From Eledone cirrhosa (Eukaryota): a stretch of 64,000 nucleotides of DNA. How positions within the stretch are numbered: position 1 is the first letter of the stretch; each line of letters begins with the position of its first letter. Both the position numbers and the translations under genes were made by a program. The stretch is from positions 92,380,001 to 92,444,000 of the forward strand of contig OZ024742.1 in NCBI GenBank assembly GCA_964016885.1, read 5' to 3'. Positions 12,628-27,825 of the stretch are shown here, one piece after another. The notes under the pieces were generated by a model. The model had not been told where the DNA came from, ran no database searches, and saw only the letters and a program-made list of their open reading frames with translations.

Positions 12628-13528
12628 TCATAATCTATAAAGCTCACTGTGTGGTCATGCTCCTTTCTTATAGAAATCTACGATATAGAATTTCTTCAAT
12701 TGAAATTTACAATTCAGTATTCGAAATAGTTTCGATTGCGTCTTGGCACATCTCATTTTTTCAATTTGACCCACAATTACGCAAAAAATAGATAAAACTC
12801 AATATTTTACGATTTTTCTCTGTCATTTAAACTGCTAAACTCTTTCCACTACCATTCAAAATCTATACAACTTCATACTTTCTGCTACTTTCTCTTTCCA
12901 AGCTTGATGGTGATACTGTCCGTTTCAAAAGCAACAGATACATTTATTCAACAAGCGATAAATCTTTTTTAAAACCTCTTTTCCAAACGCATAGAAACAC
13001 ACACTCACTTCAACAACAACAACAACAATCTGCCTTTTATAGATAATGATAAACAATAATATCCTCTATGAGGTCACTAAACCTGCTAGAAACAGCAGCT
13101 AACTCTCCCCCATACCCCACCCCTCCCTACTGTCTTAAATTTAGAAAACATATCCTCTATGAGGTCACTAAACCTGCTAGAAACAACAGCTAACTCTCCC
13201 TCATATCACAACCCTCCCTACTGTCTTAAATTTAGAAAACACACAGACAACCATGCAGAACAACTCCATCGCAGCTCTGTTGTTCGGCTAGCATCGTCTA
13301 TGCGCGTGTTGCGCAAGTACTGTGAAACAATAAATTTCAACACTTTTTGCTCAGAGATAATATCCATAGGCGAAACTACAATTGTCACTGCTGGCGCAGC
13401 TCCTGCTTCCAAGTCTGCAATTCATTCACCCAGTGCCTGGCAGACAAAAAAGTGCTGCCATAAAATGGGTGGTGCAACCTAACTTTGGTAACTTAATGAC
13501 CCCGAGCAACGCCGGGCTTTAATGCTAG
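12628..13528 (+). mobile_element. Probable non-autonomous Helitron
   Basis: 3' end has the GC hairpin cccg-agcaacgc-cggg followed 8 nt later by CTAG|T. The 5' TC start after an AT run is approximate. Internal ~91 bp tandem duplication at 13060-13240. Confidence 0.55.
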
Positions 13529-14742
13529 TATATATATATATATATGCGTGTGTGTGTGTGTATGTGTGTGTGTGTGTGTGTGTAAATATACACGCACACA
13601 CACACATTATAAATCCTTGCAGAGTTACATTTTCGCAGATACAGATTGCGGTTATCCTAATAAAAAAAATGTTTCTTCTATTTTCTCCTCGTTGAGATGG
13701 TATTTCATTCCTGTAGAAAATCTATGACATTGATTGACATTATTCTTTAGCAACATAAAATTGGAAGGCATGATGAAAAAACTTCCGCGTTTACGTTTAA
13801 CCAATATGCTAAATATTTCATCAACATAATCGCGACCTACACCTTCGAAAACGTATCTCATAAAAATATGTGTTATTGAAAAAACTTAGGTATGTATGCA
13901 TTAATAACTATTCATATATATTCTTCCTAGAAGCGACTAGCCACTTTTCGCCTATCTATTGGGGCTATTTTCCTGGATTTTTAAGCTATTGTTTATAACA
14001 ATCAACTCTTTACATTTATTTTCTGTGTTTGGGATTTCTACATTTTCTAAGAATTAACATTAATTTATAGCAATTGAGTTACAAGTACACATAGAATGTT
14101 ATGTGACGTCAAGGAAAAGATGTGGTGCCGCTTATAACACGAGAGTCATAAATGAAACGAAAGAAAAAAGGAATAAAAAAGAAAGTAAGATATCGTGTTA
14201 AAAAATGGTGGGGAGAAAAGATAAACACGTATGCCATATTAGTATTGATAAACATTTTTTTAATGGGAAACCTTAAGCATTTTTTATTAAATAAACACAT
14301 AAACAGAGAGAGAGGGGGGATAGAGAGCGAGAGAGAGAGATGAACATGTGTGGTTGTATGTATAAACATGTAGATATATCAATATTTAATAAGGTATGTC
14401 TCTCCATATATGTTGAATATTTCACATATAAGTGATATTTAGATATATATAAATATTTATTGCTTGTAATTCGTACATACGACATTACATCTGCCACTCT
14501 ATGTTCTTTCTCATTTTCTTCTCATCCTTTCCTGCAAGACTTTCTACAAGACCTCGTTCAGCTGTTTGTATAGACATTTGCCAAAAGGGTATAAATAAAA
14601 CGTCTCTCTCCCTTACAGCTCTGCAAGTTTGTTAGCTCTTGAAAACATTGGTTGCAGATCTAATATCGTGTGTAGCCGCTCACTATACCCACACAGCTTC
14701 TGGGCTCACTTACTCTCTCTCTCTCTCCCTCCCTCTCTCTCC

Positions 14743-14814
<72 letters not shown>

Positions 14815-16565
14815 ACAGAGAGAGAAAGAGAAAGATAGATAGATAAGATAAGATAATCTCTACATTGTTATATTTTAAATTTAGGGAAAATAACAATCAC
14901 AACTACAACAGCCACAATCAGAACAATAAAGTACTAGAAGGACAAAAATAAAAGCCCCCCACAAACCGTTAAACTGATACATGGTGTAGAGTAGAGTAAT
15001 GGTGGTATAGGCGGAGAGTATCGGATGTGCTGCCAAGCTGGGATACAAATAATTATTTGTCTTCGTAATTGCCGCCGACAGTCTGCTCTTGTCAGGTGAA
15101 TGTCAACTGCGGTAATCTCGAGAGAAATAGAGAATGTGAGATATGGAGAACCAGAGGGGATGCAACAGAGATAGAAAGAAACAAAGACGGGGTAGGATAA
15201 TGAAAAAGACAGCAAGGTTGATGGAGAGATTGGAAGAGAGAGAAAGAGAGAGGGAGGAAGGAGGGCACAAAGGACAGAAAGAAAGTAGAAAGAAAGAGGG
15301 AGAAAGGGAGAGAAAAATGGTAAAAAGAGCAAGGTTGATAGGAGAAAAGAAAGAGATAGATAGATAGAGAGAAAGTTAGAAAGAGAGTTAGTTAGTGAGT
15401 GGGTGAAAGCAACAGACAGTAATAAGTTAAGAAAGAAACAGAGAGAGCGAGGGGTAAAGAAGAAATGAAAGAGCTAAACAGAAAGAAATATAGACAGGGG
15501 AGAGGGGTAGAATGTCGGAAATACAACTAGGTTGACAGAGGAAGGGAGAGAGGTGTAGAGAGTGGATAAAAAGGGTACGAAAGAGACTGGTAGAAAGACA
15601 TAAAGAAGAGTAAAAAGATAATTACAGAAAAGGAGTAAGATTGAGAGAGAGGGGAGGGGAGAGAGAGAGATGGGGGGAGAGAGAGAGAGAATGTATAAGG
15701 AGGAAGAGAGCATATCGCAGGGTGAACATTGAAAGGTGGGATTTTAAAAGGGGACTTTGCAATGAAATTAGATCTAGACTGTTGACAGAAGCAACTGCAC
15801 TGGTTAATCCCCGATAGAGACACACATTAGATAAGACTACCCCCACCCCTATACATATCCTTTATTTATCTCTTTATTTATCTCTTTATTTATCTCTTTA
15901 TTTATCTCTTTATTTATCTCTTTATTTATATTTTTTGTCTTTAAGATTAGAGCAAGGGGTTGAAGTGAGATGACAATAACAACAACCAAAACAGCCATGA
16001 TAACAACAACAACCATAAAAGCAACCACTACAATAACCAACACAACCAATGCAGCTACAACCACAATAACAACAACGAGTACAAGAACCACGCGATATCA
16101 ACGCCATGGTACAAAAAAGATCAAACCACGACACGTTTCTTTCTTCTTTTCAAACATCTATTCATTTAATTATTTATGTATTTTTATCTTATCAAATTTA
16201 TTGGTGTTGTTGGTAAAGGTTTAGTGAGGAAACCATGTCATCTGGTGTTTCTTGACCAATTTGTTGAGTTATTTATCATCCCTAAGGACAAACTATAAAC
16301 ATGTCAACAAATACAAATAAACATACACTTACAATTTAACAGCATAAACACGTTCCAAGGCAAATATAAAATGCCACACGCGTCAATATATATACATGTA
16401 TAAAGGGTCGTTTTATATGTATATATAAGGGCATATGTGTGTGTAAATGCCTGGGTAACCATACGGTTTTATTAATGTATATATATTGGAGATGTATATA
16501 TATATATACGCGTCGAATGTTCACTTTGGTGAACCTATAGTAACTTGACATTAAAATCCCTAAAC

Positions 16566-16615
<50 letters not shown>

Positions 16616-16635
16616 CTAGTTTTTATTGCATCCAT

Positions 16636-16723
<88 letters not shown>

Positions 16724-16867
16724 GTAATCTCGAAGTGTGTACTGCCACTCTAAATTCTGTAATGAATGTTGACCCACAATGTTTGAATATGTATCAATGT
16801 TTGAATATGTATTGGTATGTCTCTCGGCTGAAAAGGAGGTCATATAACTGTCCATGCATTAATAAAT

Positions 16868-16914
16868 TGCTCCGAAGAATCCAAACCTCGGTTTGGAGGA
16901 AACAGCTGTAAGCA
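16868..16914 (+). ncRNA. Minimal type I hammerhead motif (CCGAAGA core, U4C)
   Basis: TGCT CCGAAGA a TCCAAACC tc GGTTTGGA g GAA ACAGCTGT A AGCA. Confidence 0.6.
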
Positions 16915-16949
16915 CAATAATGTTTTGAACAGTTCTTTGATTCTTATAC

Positions 16950-17414
<465 letters not shown>

Positions 17415-17505
17415 TTTTATAAAATTCTCCATCGTAACTAAAAACTACGATTGTTGAGAGCTTTCTCCTGCTTACTACTGCTTTTACCAAAACAATCTTT
17501 TCCGA

Positions 17506-17536
<31 letters not shown>

Positions 17537-17593
17537 ATAAGTTGACGAGACTAGCATGGGTTTCACTGCTAGTACCGGTTGCATCTCAGCGTA

Positions 17594-17737
<144 letters not shown>

Positions 17738-17820
17738 AAATAACAAAACGAAATTAAATTTCGTTTCGTTTGTAACTCACTTTTGTATGACTGACGCTTA
17801 TATATATATATATATATAGG

Positions 17821-17891
17821 AGAGCTCAAGCCGTTTCGACGGCTATTTCTGGACTGAGTCCAGAAATAGCCGTCGAAACGGCTTGAGCTCT
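17821..17891. repeat. Perfect 35-bp-arm palindrome with 1-nt centre
   Basis: agagctcaagccgtttcgacggctatttctggact-g-agtccagaaatagccgtcgaaacggcttgagctct. Confidence 0.95.
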
Positions 17892-18015
17892 GCCGTCGTC
17901 GGGGTCATACTTTCTCCTATTACCCACTCTACTACCCTAAGTATTGAGTACTCTGGTGCGTTATGGTCCATCTGGTTCCTTACCACAACTCCTTCGTTAT
18001 ATATATATATATATA

Positions 18016-18124
18016 TATTCCGATGATTTGATCAGAGACACACACTGTATTTAAGGTCGGGTGACTCAATTTCGAGTGATTAGCGGCCTTTAGACTCAGC
18101 TGATCAATGAAACAATTGTTAATA
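18016..18124 (+). ncRNA. Type I hammerhead motif (CCGAUGA core, long stem II)
   Basis: TATT CCGATGA t TTGATCAG...CTGATCAA t GAA ACAATTGT T AATA, then AATAAA. Confidence 0.55.
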
Positions 18125-18330
18125 CTGTAAATAAAACCCTTTTTGTACAGCCGACCATGTTTTTCTTCACTCTTTCACTACTATTACTCCAAAAACGATC
18201 TGCATGGGAATTTTCGCAAACTCGCTACCTAACTAAGGAAACCTCTTGTTGAGTCAAACAACGCCGAACATTGAAACTATCCATAGTACAGAGTACTCAC
18301 ACCCTCTAACTGGATTACCTAAAACGATAA

Positions 18331-18378
<48 letters not shown>

Positions 18379-18469
18379 AGTATGCTGAGATGCAACCGGT
18401 ACTAGCAGTGAAACCCATGCTAGTAGTCAACTTATCATATATATATATATATATATATGATAAGTTATC

Positions 18470-18508
<39 letters not shown>

Positions 18509-18543
18509 TATATGTACATACATATATATGTATATGATAAGTT

Positions 18544-18598
<55 letters not shown>

Positions 18599-19229
18599 AT
18601 GGATGCAATAAAAACTAGTTAGACCATTACTCACCAGAGTACTCGATACTAGCTGAGTACTCGATACTAGCTGAGTAGACCGTCGTTGCTGGGCAATAAT
18701 TACAATAGTATTCCTTTATTTCAAATTTTTTATTCCGTGTCAGACCAAGTCTCCCGTGAAGGATAGTCCCCTTGATGTGCGAAATAGGTCACTTGCTAGC
18801 TTGGTCACCCTATGGTCAGATTTACCATTGTGATAAGCTGGCAAGGGAATATTGCACTGGTCAAAGGAAAAGTACGGAGGCAGAAAATTGTAAATATGTC
18901 TATACAGGCGATGGGGAGAGCGGAAGAGACGGATGCAATGACAGTGGGAGTCCGGACCTGGTGGCTACATGTGTATATAAGAGAGAATGGGTCGAAAAGT
19001 TTCTTGTGCGGTAAACTTAACTTAGTATTAGATATATATGGCTAGAAGTTAGGATAAGGAAATAATGTGGATAGGGAAATAGAAATGGGTAAGGGATAGA
19101 AATATAAGACAAGAATTAGACGGAAGCATAAGAATTAAAGATAAAAAAAAAGGTGATGGGTAAGGCTATCTACCCGCATGGACACATGAAAATTAGAAGG
19201 TAATTAGATAATTAGAAGGGGGGAATAAG

Positions 19230-19420
19230 AAGTGAGCCTCGCAAGCTGGAATAGCTCTTCCAGAGTGTCTCCCTCACCATCCTCCGAAGATACGCCTTCT
19301 CTATTCTGTCTGCCGGAGCCGCGGGGCGGCCAGTCCATGGGCCTCCATTTGCTCACAATAGTGAGAGCTGCGGAGAGTGGGAGAGACGGCCGCAGCGACA
19401 GTGAGAGTTTGGTTCCATTG
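19230..19420 (-). mobile_element. Dispersed repeat fragment, possibly a LINE ORF2 C-terminus
   Basis: Similar to 46295-46430 and 18905-18970; minus-strand peptide PADRIEKAYLRRMVRETLWKS. Confidence 0.4.
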
Positions 19421-19864
19421 TGTTCGGATCTGATGTATAGGTATATATTTATTTACCAGAAACAAGTTATATGAATATATTTCTAATTTTAAACTAGAAA
19501 TATTTGTTTAATATTGTTGGCATTCTGAAACTTAGATATATATAATTACATAAAAAAGTTGTTTGTTTTGTTTTTTTGATTTTAAAAAACTATATATAAA
19601 TAAATAAATAATAAATATATAAATAAATAAATAAATAAACAATATAAAATAAAATCTAAAAAATAAATAAATGAGTAGATAGATAAATAAATAAATAATA
19701 GGGAAGTAAAATATGTATATTTTATATACATATATACTAATGGACTAGTAAACTATGGACTAGTAAACTTAATTCGTATACACATTACAAATGGTCTGTA
19801 TATGCAGATCACACATATTTGTGCCTCGTACTCACCCCGGACACAGACGTTACATATATACACA

Positions 19865-20010
19865 TGCATACGGTAATAGAAGACGGACGCGTCCGCCCGA
19901 CATTTCAGGGATAGCTTCCTCTCGGCCCATTTCTGGGTGGCCATCCTGCTCCTTACCTCATACCAGTTCTTAACTACCTGGAGGTCTAGCCGAAACCAGA
20001 CCCCGAGCAA
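19865..20010 (-). mobile_element. Tx1/L1-like LINE RT fragment
   Basis: LLGVWFRLDLQVVKNW...QKWAERKLSLKCRA matches LLGVWFGPDLQVEKNW...QKWAECKLSLKGRA at 63160-63843. Confidence 0.75.
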
Positions 20011-20184
20011 AGAGATAGAGGTTATCGTGTATAGACCTGGTCGGGATTGTGCATGATGTTGTGGCAGTGTGTGTGTGTGTGTGTGTGTGTTAACAGACAA
20101 TTTGTCACTGAAAGAATGGACAAATTCATCTCTTCATATTTCTGTCTTCTCTTTCTACCACTGTCAATATATATATATAATAAT

Positions 20185-20638
20185 AATTGTTTCTACGTTT
20201 GGTACAAGGCCAGCAAATACCCAGTACATTACTGGTACTTTATTTTATCGACCCCGTAAGGATGAAAGGCAAAGTTAACCTCGGCGGGATTTGAACTCAG
20301 ATCATAAAGGGACGTAACTCTATGCTTCAAAGCATGGTGTCCGACTCTCTACCGATACTGCCAATCCACCGCCACTATATATTAATAATTGTTTCTACGT
20401 TAAGCACAAGGCCAGAAATTAACCAGTGCATTACTGGTACTTTATTTTATCGACCCCGTAAGGATGAAAGGCAAAGTTAACCTTGGCGGGATTTGAACTC
20501 AGAATGGCAAGGGCCGTAACTCTATACGTCAAAGCATGGCGTTCGACCCTCTACCAATACTGCCAATCCACCGCCCTATTATTTTATCGACCCCGTAAGG
20601 ATGAAAGGCAAAGTTAACCTAGGCGGGATTTGAACTCA
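20185..20638 (-). mobile_element. Tandem SINE family A cluster (two full copies and one partial)
   Basis: About 20185-20373, 20387-20575 and 20578-20638, all matching the consensus. Confidence 0.85.
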
Positions 20639-21060
20639 TTAATAATGATGGTGGGGAGGGCGAAGGAAGCTATTGCTTGAGCCCCTCTTCCAACCTGAGG
20701 CTCCCCGGCCCCCACAAGGTTATATTCGGCCCTGAAGATATTGATTAAAATTTGTAGATTAGTGATCATATAAACCCAAAGAGTTAACTAAAATATTTTG
20801 GTGGTTTACAGGGTTTGTCAATAAATTTGACAGTTTTTATTGACATACGTACTGACATTCTAAAGATTCTCATTTAAGATATTAATCTGTTATTAAATAG
20901 TGTAGTTGTTTTTTGTTTCGTATAAAGAAAAAGAAATGCGAACACATATATTCTTTCTATTATCAAATTTAACGGTTTCTTTTTTTATTATAAGTCTCTC
21001 AATAATATCTGGAGGTTTGTATTGTGTCGATAGATAAATATTGAAGGGTTTGCTTTTAAT

Positions 21061-21276
21061 AGTTTCTGATCCAGGCACAAGGTCAATAAATTTGTGGGTG
21101 AAGGGAAAGTCAATTATTCGACCCCAGACTTTACTGGTACTTTAATTTATCGACCCCGTAAGGGTGAAAGGCAAAGCTAACCTCAGTGGGATTTGAACTT
21201 AGAACGTCAAAAGCCGTAACTATGTGCGGCAAATCATATTGTACAATGCTCTATCGATACTACCAATCCGCTGCCT
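21061..21276 (-). mobile_element. SINE family A, diverged
   Basis: tcgaccccgtaagggtgaaaggcaaag...gatttgaact core. Confidence 0.75.
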
Positions 21277-21641
21277 TTGGAGTTGCCTATAATAGTGTAT
21301 ATTCGATCGCCAATTAGAACAATTAAGATTGGTTTCCAGAAAACTGTTGGCGACATAGCATTATATATCCGTGTGATATTTTACAATAATTGTTCATTTT
21401 CCTTTAACAAAACACCTCATGGTAAAGCGGGCATATAACTTGAGCAATAGCTATAACAAATGTCAACTCACATAAAATAAGATGTTTGAGACTAAACAAT
21501 TCACCAGAAAAAAAAGAGAGAAATAATACTTTCTTTAAAACAAGTGTTGACTTTGTAGCAGTTACATCAACAATCACACTGGTAAATAAATATACGAGTT
21601 TTATGTGCAAGAGATGGAAGATCTTTCTTACTCGCATGCGT

Positions 21642-21712
<71 letters not shown>

Positions 21713-21787
21713 CATAAATTAGTTATATATATATATTGATATATATTAGTTATATATATATCTATATATATATTAAATATATATATA

Positions 21788-21897
<110 letters not shown>

Positions 21898-23683
21898 AAT
21901 TCCATTTATACCCAAAAACAAAGAGGAAAAGGTTGATTCAAGACGAAAATTAAAATAAATAATGAATACAAAAGAAAAGCAAAAACAAAATGAAAGAGAA
22001 AAAATAATGAGATTTCATTCTTTTCTTTTAGGTCCCCGACAAGAAGGAAACTATCTGAATAACTGAGGAAGTGGAAGAATGTGGCGTGAAGTTATTTCTC
22101 AATGTTTTTTCCAGAATCAAAGAAACAGACGATAACAATTCCGTTCGTTTTCGTAACATTGTAAAGTGATGAATGTTTGGTAATCATACTTGCTAAAAAT
22201 AAACATAAATAAAAGCACCTCCTTTTCATTTCATTTACATTATTCTCACTTTTGTTTCTTGCTTGTTATTTGTATTGTCATTAATTTATCAATGAATCAT
22301 TTTTGTATAAATAATTTTTGTTTTTCTTTCGATTTTTATGTCGAGATTCTGCTAGGAGTTGCAACCAACAGATATTATCAGCTATGGAAAGACCAACGGA
22401 AATGTAGTTTCCTTGGTCTTCTATGAAGATCAGCTCTTTTTATTCTACACAATTACTTTTCCAAATTTTATTCATCAGAACTAATTATTTCTTTTTTGAT
22501 AATATTTTACTTTTCTCAAGACGGGCTAGCGGCAAGCAAGAAAGATGATAGATTAGCAGAATCGTTAGAACACCGAAAAATAATTTGCAGTATTTGTTCT
22601 GTTTCTTTACATTGTATGTTCAATTCCCGCAGAGGTCAACAAACCCAACTGACAGCATTTCTATGCTTGTATAGTTTGTTTCGAAGCTGTCAGGTTTCGT
22701 AATCCATGCACCAAAGTTAATCAGGAACAGACTAACCAGTTCTTTCTCATTGAGGCTTAGAATTTCTCCAAGAAGAGGCACCTATCCTTGGCCTTTTCTT
22801 AATCCAATATTGCAGCGAACTGTGGAAAAATACACATGAAAAAGGGCGACCATACATATTCAACGTCTAGGAACCTTAGTACATACCGCAGCCTCAGCAT
22901 AATCACGACATAACAAGCCCTCAGAGCAGGTGTTAGCAACAGATGAACTTCCTGAGGATATTTATATATTATACTAGTGAACCCAGATCGTCAAAATTGA
23001 CAAAGATTCACATTTATATATTAAAATTAATCATATGCATGACGCATGTGAAAGAATGGAAAAAATTCTTCGGACTTTTTTCTATAAACCCCGTTTGAAG
23101 ATAATGTTCTCCTTTTCATCTACCAGTCTTGGAGACCCTGGCCAAGAGCACTAACAGTCTTTCCTTGAATAAACGTTAAAAATGAGAGCTTTAAAAACAA
23201 AATTAAGAATTCTCACACAATATAGACGAAGAAAACATATATATACTTCCTTTCTTTAATGGGCGCCTTCATCGTCATTATAAAAATTTGTTTCACTACC
23301 GAGGTAAATTCTGTTATAATTCAGTTCAAACACATCCACGTTGTATCATATTTCATACGCTGTCTATATACTTTAAATAATTTGTTTTCTCCATTTCACC
23401 CAGGGTTTTATTACCAATAAGTCAAGTTACAAAAGACGATGGTTGCTAACTATTGTACGATATGACAATAGAGAGCAGCAATTACAATTCATCTTCGATG
23501 AATCTATAGTTCACCCTAGCCATAGGTCACAACATATAGTTACTGATATCTTCTGACCCAGCGAGAGAACAAGGTTTATATTTATCATTACAACGTTACT
23601 CTGAAATTTAGGCATCTTGGTGTCTTATCTCTTTGCCATTTCGTTAGTTGGGCATCATATTTATTTCCAAAGCGCAAACATTA

Positions 23684-23747
<64 letters not shown>

Positions 23748-23751
23748 GTGT

Positions 23752-23834
<83 letters not shown>

Positions 23835-24059
23835 CAGGTGGGAACAAAGTGTCAATTTATACATATTTTCTTCATACGTGACGTGCATTTCGTAACCGAT
23901 CAGCTCAAGGTACGATCGATCACTTTTACATTAGCAGACCCATGGGTTTGGGGAGTTATCGATTCCAGTGTCAGGCCCGATCGTGACTCATTGCGACTTG
24001 AGCTGATCGATTGCGAAACGCTTATCACGTGTGAACAAAATACGTATAAGATGCTAAAT

Positions 24060-24745
24060 TGATACTTCCTTCCTGGGGGTGTGCAAAAACCTCAAGAATC
24101 TGATCAGGTAGTTCCAACTGCCGATTAGATTTCCCGAATGCGTCAGTATGGACCTAGACCAACCGCATAGGATCATCCAGATCTTATATAGATAGGTTTC
24201 ATTAGGTTAGCAGATAGGGATAGCAGAGGGTGTCCACATTTCCAAACGGTTGGCTATGCAGACCTCAAATTCGTAATCTGCATAGTCGACCTAGATAGAA
24301 CACGTAGGCAGGACCTGGTTACTGGAAGCTTACTGCGTCGTAAGACCTATAGACATCGGGTTAACAATTTAGATAAGCGAAAGTTGACAGGGCGAGTCAT
24401 CAACAACAGGTGGTGGGGTGCTCTCATGGGAGAGATTAGAGTAGAATCAATAGCTTTTAGTAAAGAAATGACGATAGAAAAAATAGAAAGGATAAGGAAT
24501 TAATAGCTAAATTAGAAGAGGCGATTAGAAATGGCATTGCAACCGACGTGCTAGCAGTGGGAATGACACTGGACGATTTCCTCAATGCGAAACATGAAGG
24601 TTGTATTATCAGAGCTAAGACGCGTGTTCTAAGAAACGAAGGAACTGTTCGATGGGCCCAAGTAGCAGAGGCGCAGTGTGGTAACGAAACCACACTTCGG
24701 TCCTTGACGGACCGAAACGGACGCATGCTGGTCGATTCCATAAAT
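24060..24745 (+). pseudogene. Decayed Tx1/L1-like ORF2 fragment (end of APE endonuclease and linker)
   Basis: RSYIDR, GPGYWKL and EGCIIRAKTRVLRNEG motifs, typical of L1/Tx1 ORF2. Confidence 0.65.
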
Positions 24746-24764
24746 CGTTATAACATGCTATATG

Positions 24765-25010
24765 GCATAGGGTTACCCCCCTTTACGATCTGAGTTCAAA
24801 TCCTTCCGAGGTTAGCTTTGCCTTTAATCTTAGCAGGATTGATAAAATAAAGTACCAGTAATGCACTGGCGTCAGTTTAATCGACTTTCCACTCCCCTTC
24901 TCGCTTTGTGCCCAAAGTAGAAACAATTATTATTATTATTATAAAGTACCAGTAATGCACTGGGTAATTTGCTGGCCTTGTGCCAAAAGTAGAAACAATT
25001 ATTATTATTA
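24765..25010 (+). mobile_element. SINE family A with duplicated tail
   Basis: gagttcaaat..tttgccttt..gataaaataaagtaccagtaatgcactgg; tail present twice. Confidence 0.75.
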
Positions 25011-25044
25011 TTATTATTAATAGTAGTAGTAGTAGTAGTAGTAA

Positions 25045-25097
<53 letters not shown>

Positions 25098-25274
25098 ATA
25101 GGAGGAGGAGGAGGAGATATCGCCGTGTCTTCTCAGCTGTTGAAAGGAAGCAGCAAACCGTTGCTTAATGCGCCATTACGTCATAGATAATTCCGATAAT
25201 TCTGTATAACTTTAAATGTATCCCTCCTTAAAAGAGAGAACGGCATTAGAAACAATTATACAGTAATAAATCTT

Positions 25275-25367
<93 letters not shown>

Positions 25368-25844
25368 ATATATATATATATATATATATCCAGCCCCACC
25401 TCTTCCTTCTCCTCTTTGCCTTTTTACTGACCTTTAAAATAATTCTCATCATACATTGATACAATCAAGCAACCTTCATTTTTTTTCTTGTCTTAAACAA
25501 CATTGAAAGTTACTTATTTATAGGCATACCTCCTTAAACTGAAGGTCGGGATACTTATAATGGTGGTAGGGAGAAAAGTGCCCTACAATAACTACTACTA
25601 CTGATGCTGCTGCATTTAGAAAAAAATAGTTTGTTTTTTTTCATTCTGTTATCATTTTACTTATTTCAATCATTAGACTGTGGCCATGCTGTGGCACCAC
25701 TTTCAATGGTGTAGTTGGTTAAATCAACCCCAGTACTTGAGTGGTACTTATGTTATTGATGAATGGAGATGCTGATCTGGGTTAGAGTTGAACTCAGAAC
25801 GTAAAAGACGTACTTAATTCAACTGATAATCACTCCCCCACAGA

Positions 25845-26290
25845 TACAGCTTGTTATTTTGAGCCACTCCCATCTCAAGAAAAAACATAGATTGGCATTT
25901 TGAATTACTACTCACGCCACCATAAACATAGCTTGGTATTTTCACCTGCTAATATTCCCACAACGAACAGCGCTTGGCATTTTGAACCACTCTTATCTCC
26001 AACACAAACGTAGCTTAGCATTTGAACCACTAATCTCTCCACATCCTTGGCATTTTGACCCACTAATGTTTTTCACAATAAATATACTTTGGCATTTTGA
26101 GCCATTGGTTTCTGCACAACTAAAATAGCTGCATACTTTGATCCGCTCCTATCTCCATGCTAAACACAGCTTCGTATTTTTAGTTACTAATCACTCCACG
26201 CCAAACATAGCTTGACATTTTAAGTCATTCATTTCTGCACCACAAACACACCTAGGCATTTTGAGTCACTAATCACTCCACCGCAAATAT
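25845..26290. repeat. Degenerate ~40-bp minisatellite
   Basis: Recurring agcttggcattttga(g/a)ccact..atctcca units. Confidence 0.75.
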
Positions 26291-26501
26291 ACCATACAGC
26301 ACATTAATTTGACTACGTCCATGTTATTATGAGGTTTCTTTAGGCGACTTTTGTAGCAATCTATTGCTAACACCTAGTTGATCTCTCCTCCATTTCTTGG
26401 AGTAGAGATACATTGTGAGTGTTACCTAGCGATCTTTTATTGGCGCAGTGTAGCTGATTCTGAAAAATTAAAAGAGCGAGAGTAACAAAGAGAGAGAGAG
26501 G

Positions 26502-26604
<103 letters not shown>

Positions 26605-27134
26605 GGGTGAGCGATAAACAGACAGAGAGACAGAGACACTGACAGCCAACAGACAGACAGATAAACAAAGACTAAGACAGAGAGCAGTCGTCAAATCTTT
26701 CTCAAATAACTCCCCGTCGTCTTAAAAAAGTAGAGATATTAGGTGGACAGTATACTTCTAGATTTTCCAAATGACGAGAATACGTTTGATCATAAATCTC
26801 TCCGATTAGAATTAAATTGGAACTAAATAACAACAACGACAACAATAGTAACAACAAGCATAAAATCGAGTCCGTGGAATAAACTTCTACAGTTAAACTG
26901 TTGAAAATAGCACTCAAATATATACATATATATTTTCAAAATAGCATAAATGACGAAGACAAAGGAAAAACAAGGCATAGACGGACAGACCCATCTCCTC
27001 AGTCACTCTCAGGAAATCACTACGGTTGCGGTTCATTTCGGTTGTTACTATTCATTCCAAAATAAATTGGGATATAACAAAACAAGTAGAGAAATATTAT
27101 GCCTTTAGGCGAATTACACAAATGTATATATATA

Positions 27135-27825
27135 CGAGATGAGCCAGAAAAGTAACAAGATTTAATGTGCTGTGTGAGCTATGAGTGGGGAGGCGATCAT
27201 CGGGTTGCGTCAACCTGTGACGTAATATATGGGGAGTATATAACTGCGATCTCAGCTCTCTGCAGCCATTGTATGTTTTTTCACGTGCTATTGTTAACAG
27301 CTCCTCAATTTTAGGCCGTCAAGTGATGGACACAGAACAATGAACCAACCTGAAGTTTCTGGTCCAGCTGAGGAAAACTCCATCAGAAACACTCGGAATA
27401 CTGCAACAAGTGTACGGCAATGAGATGATGTCCCGCTCATGGGTTTACGAGTGGCACAAAAGGTTCAAATAGGTACGCGAGGACATGGTAAACGACTCCG
27501 GGAGTGGAAGGTCTTCAACGAGCAGGACTGGGGTCAACGTTGAGCGCGTGAGGCAAGTGATGTGAGGCAAATGAGCTGGGCATGAACCGCGACAGCGTTT
27601 GGAAGATTTGGGCATGCGGAAGATCTGCGCGAAGACGGTGCCGAAGCTGCAGAACAATGGCCAGAAGGAGCAACGTATGCACGTGTGTCAGGACTTCTTT
27701 GAGCGTCTTGAAACCGAATCAGACTTGCTGGGGAGATTCATCACTGGTGGTGAGTCAAGGAAACCGTTGTTTGGATTTCAAATATTTTTTTCATCCCAGT
27801 TATGTTTCTTTTCTGACACACCGCG
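27135..27825 (+). mobile_element. Internally deleted mariner-type DNA transposon
   Basis: TA-flanked imperfect TIRs (cgagatgagccagaaaag / cttttctgacacaccgcg). Remnant NLKFLVQLRKTPSETLGILQQVYGNEMMSRSWVYEWHKRFK and EDLGMRKICAKTVPK; stops present, catalytic part deleted. Confidence 0.85.

Noticed and set aside
22032-22170. Strong splice acceptor followed by a short peptide-like stretch
   Set aside because: All frames stop within 12 codons; no supporting exons
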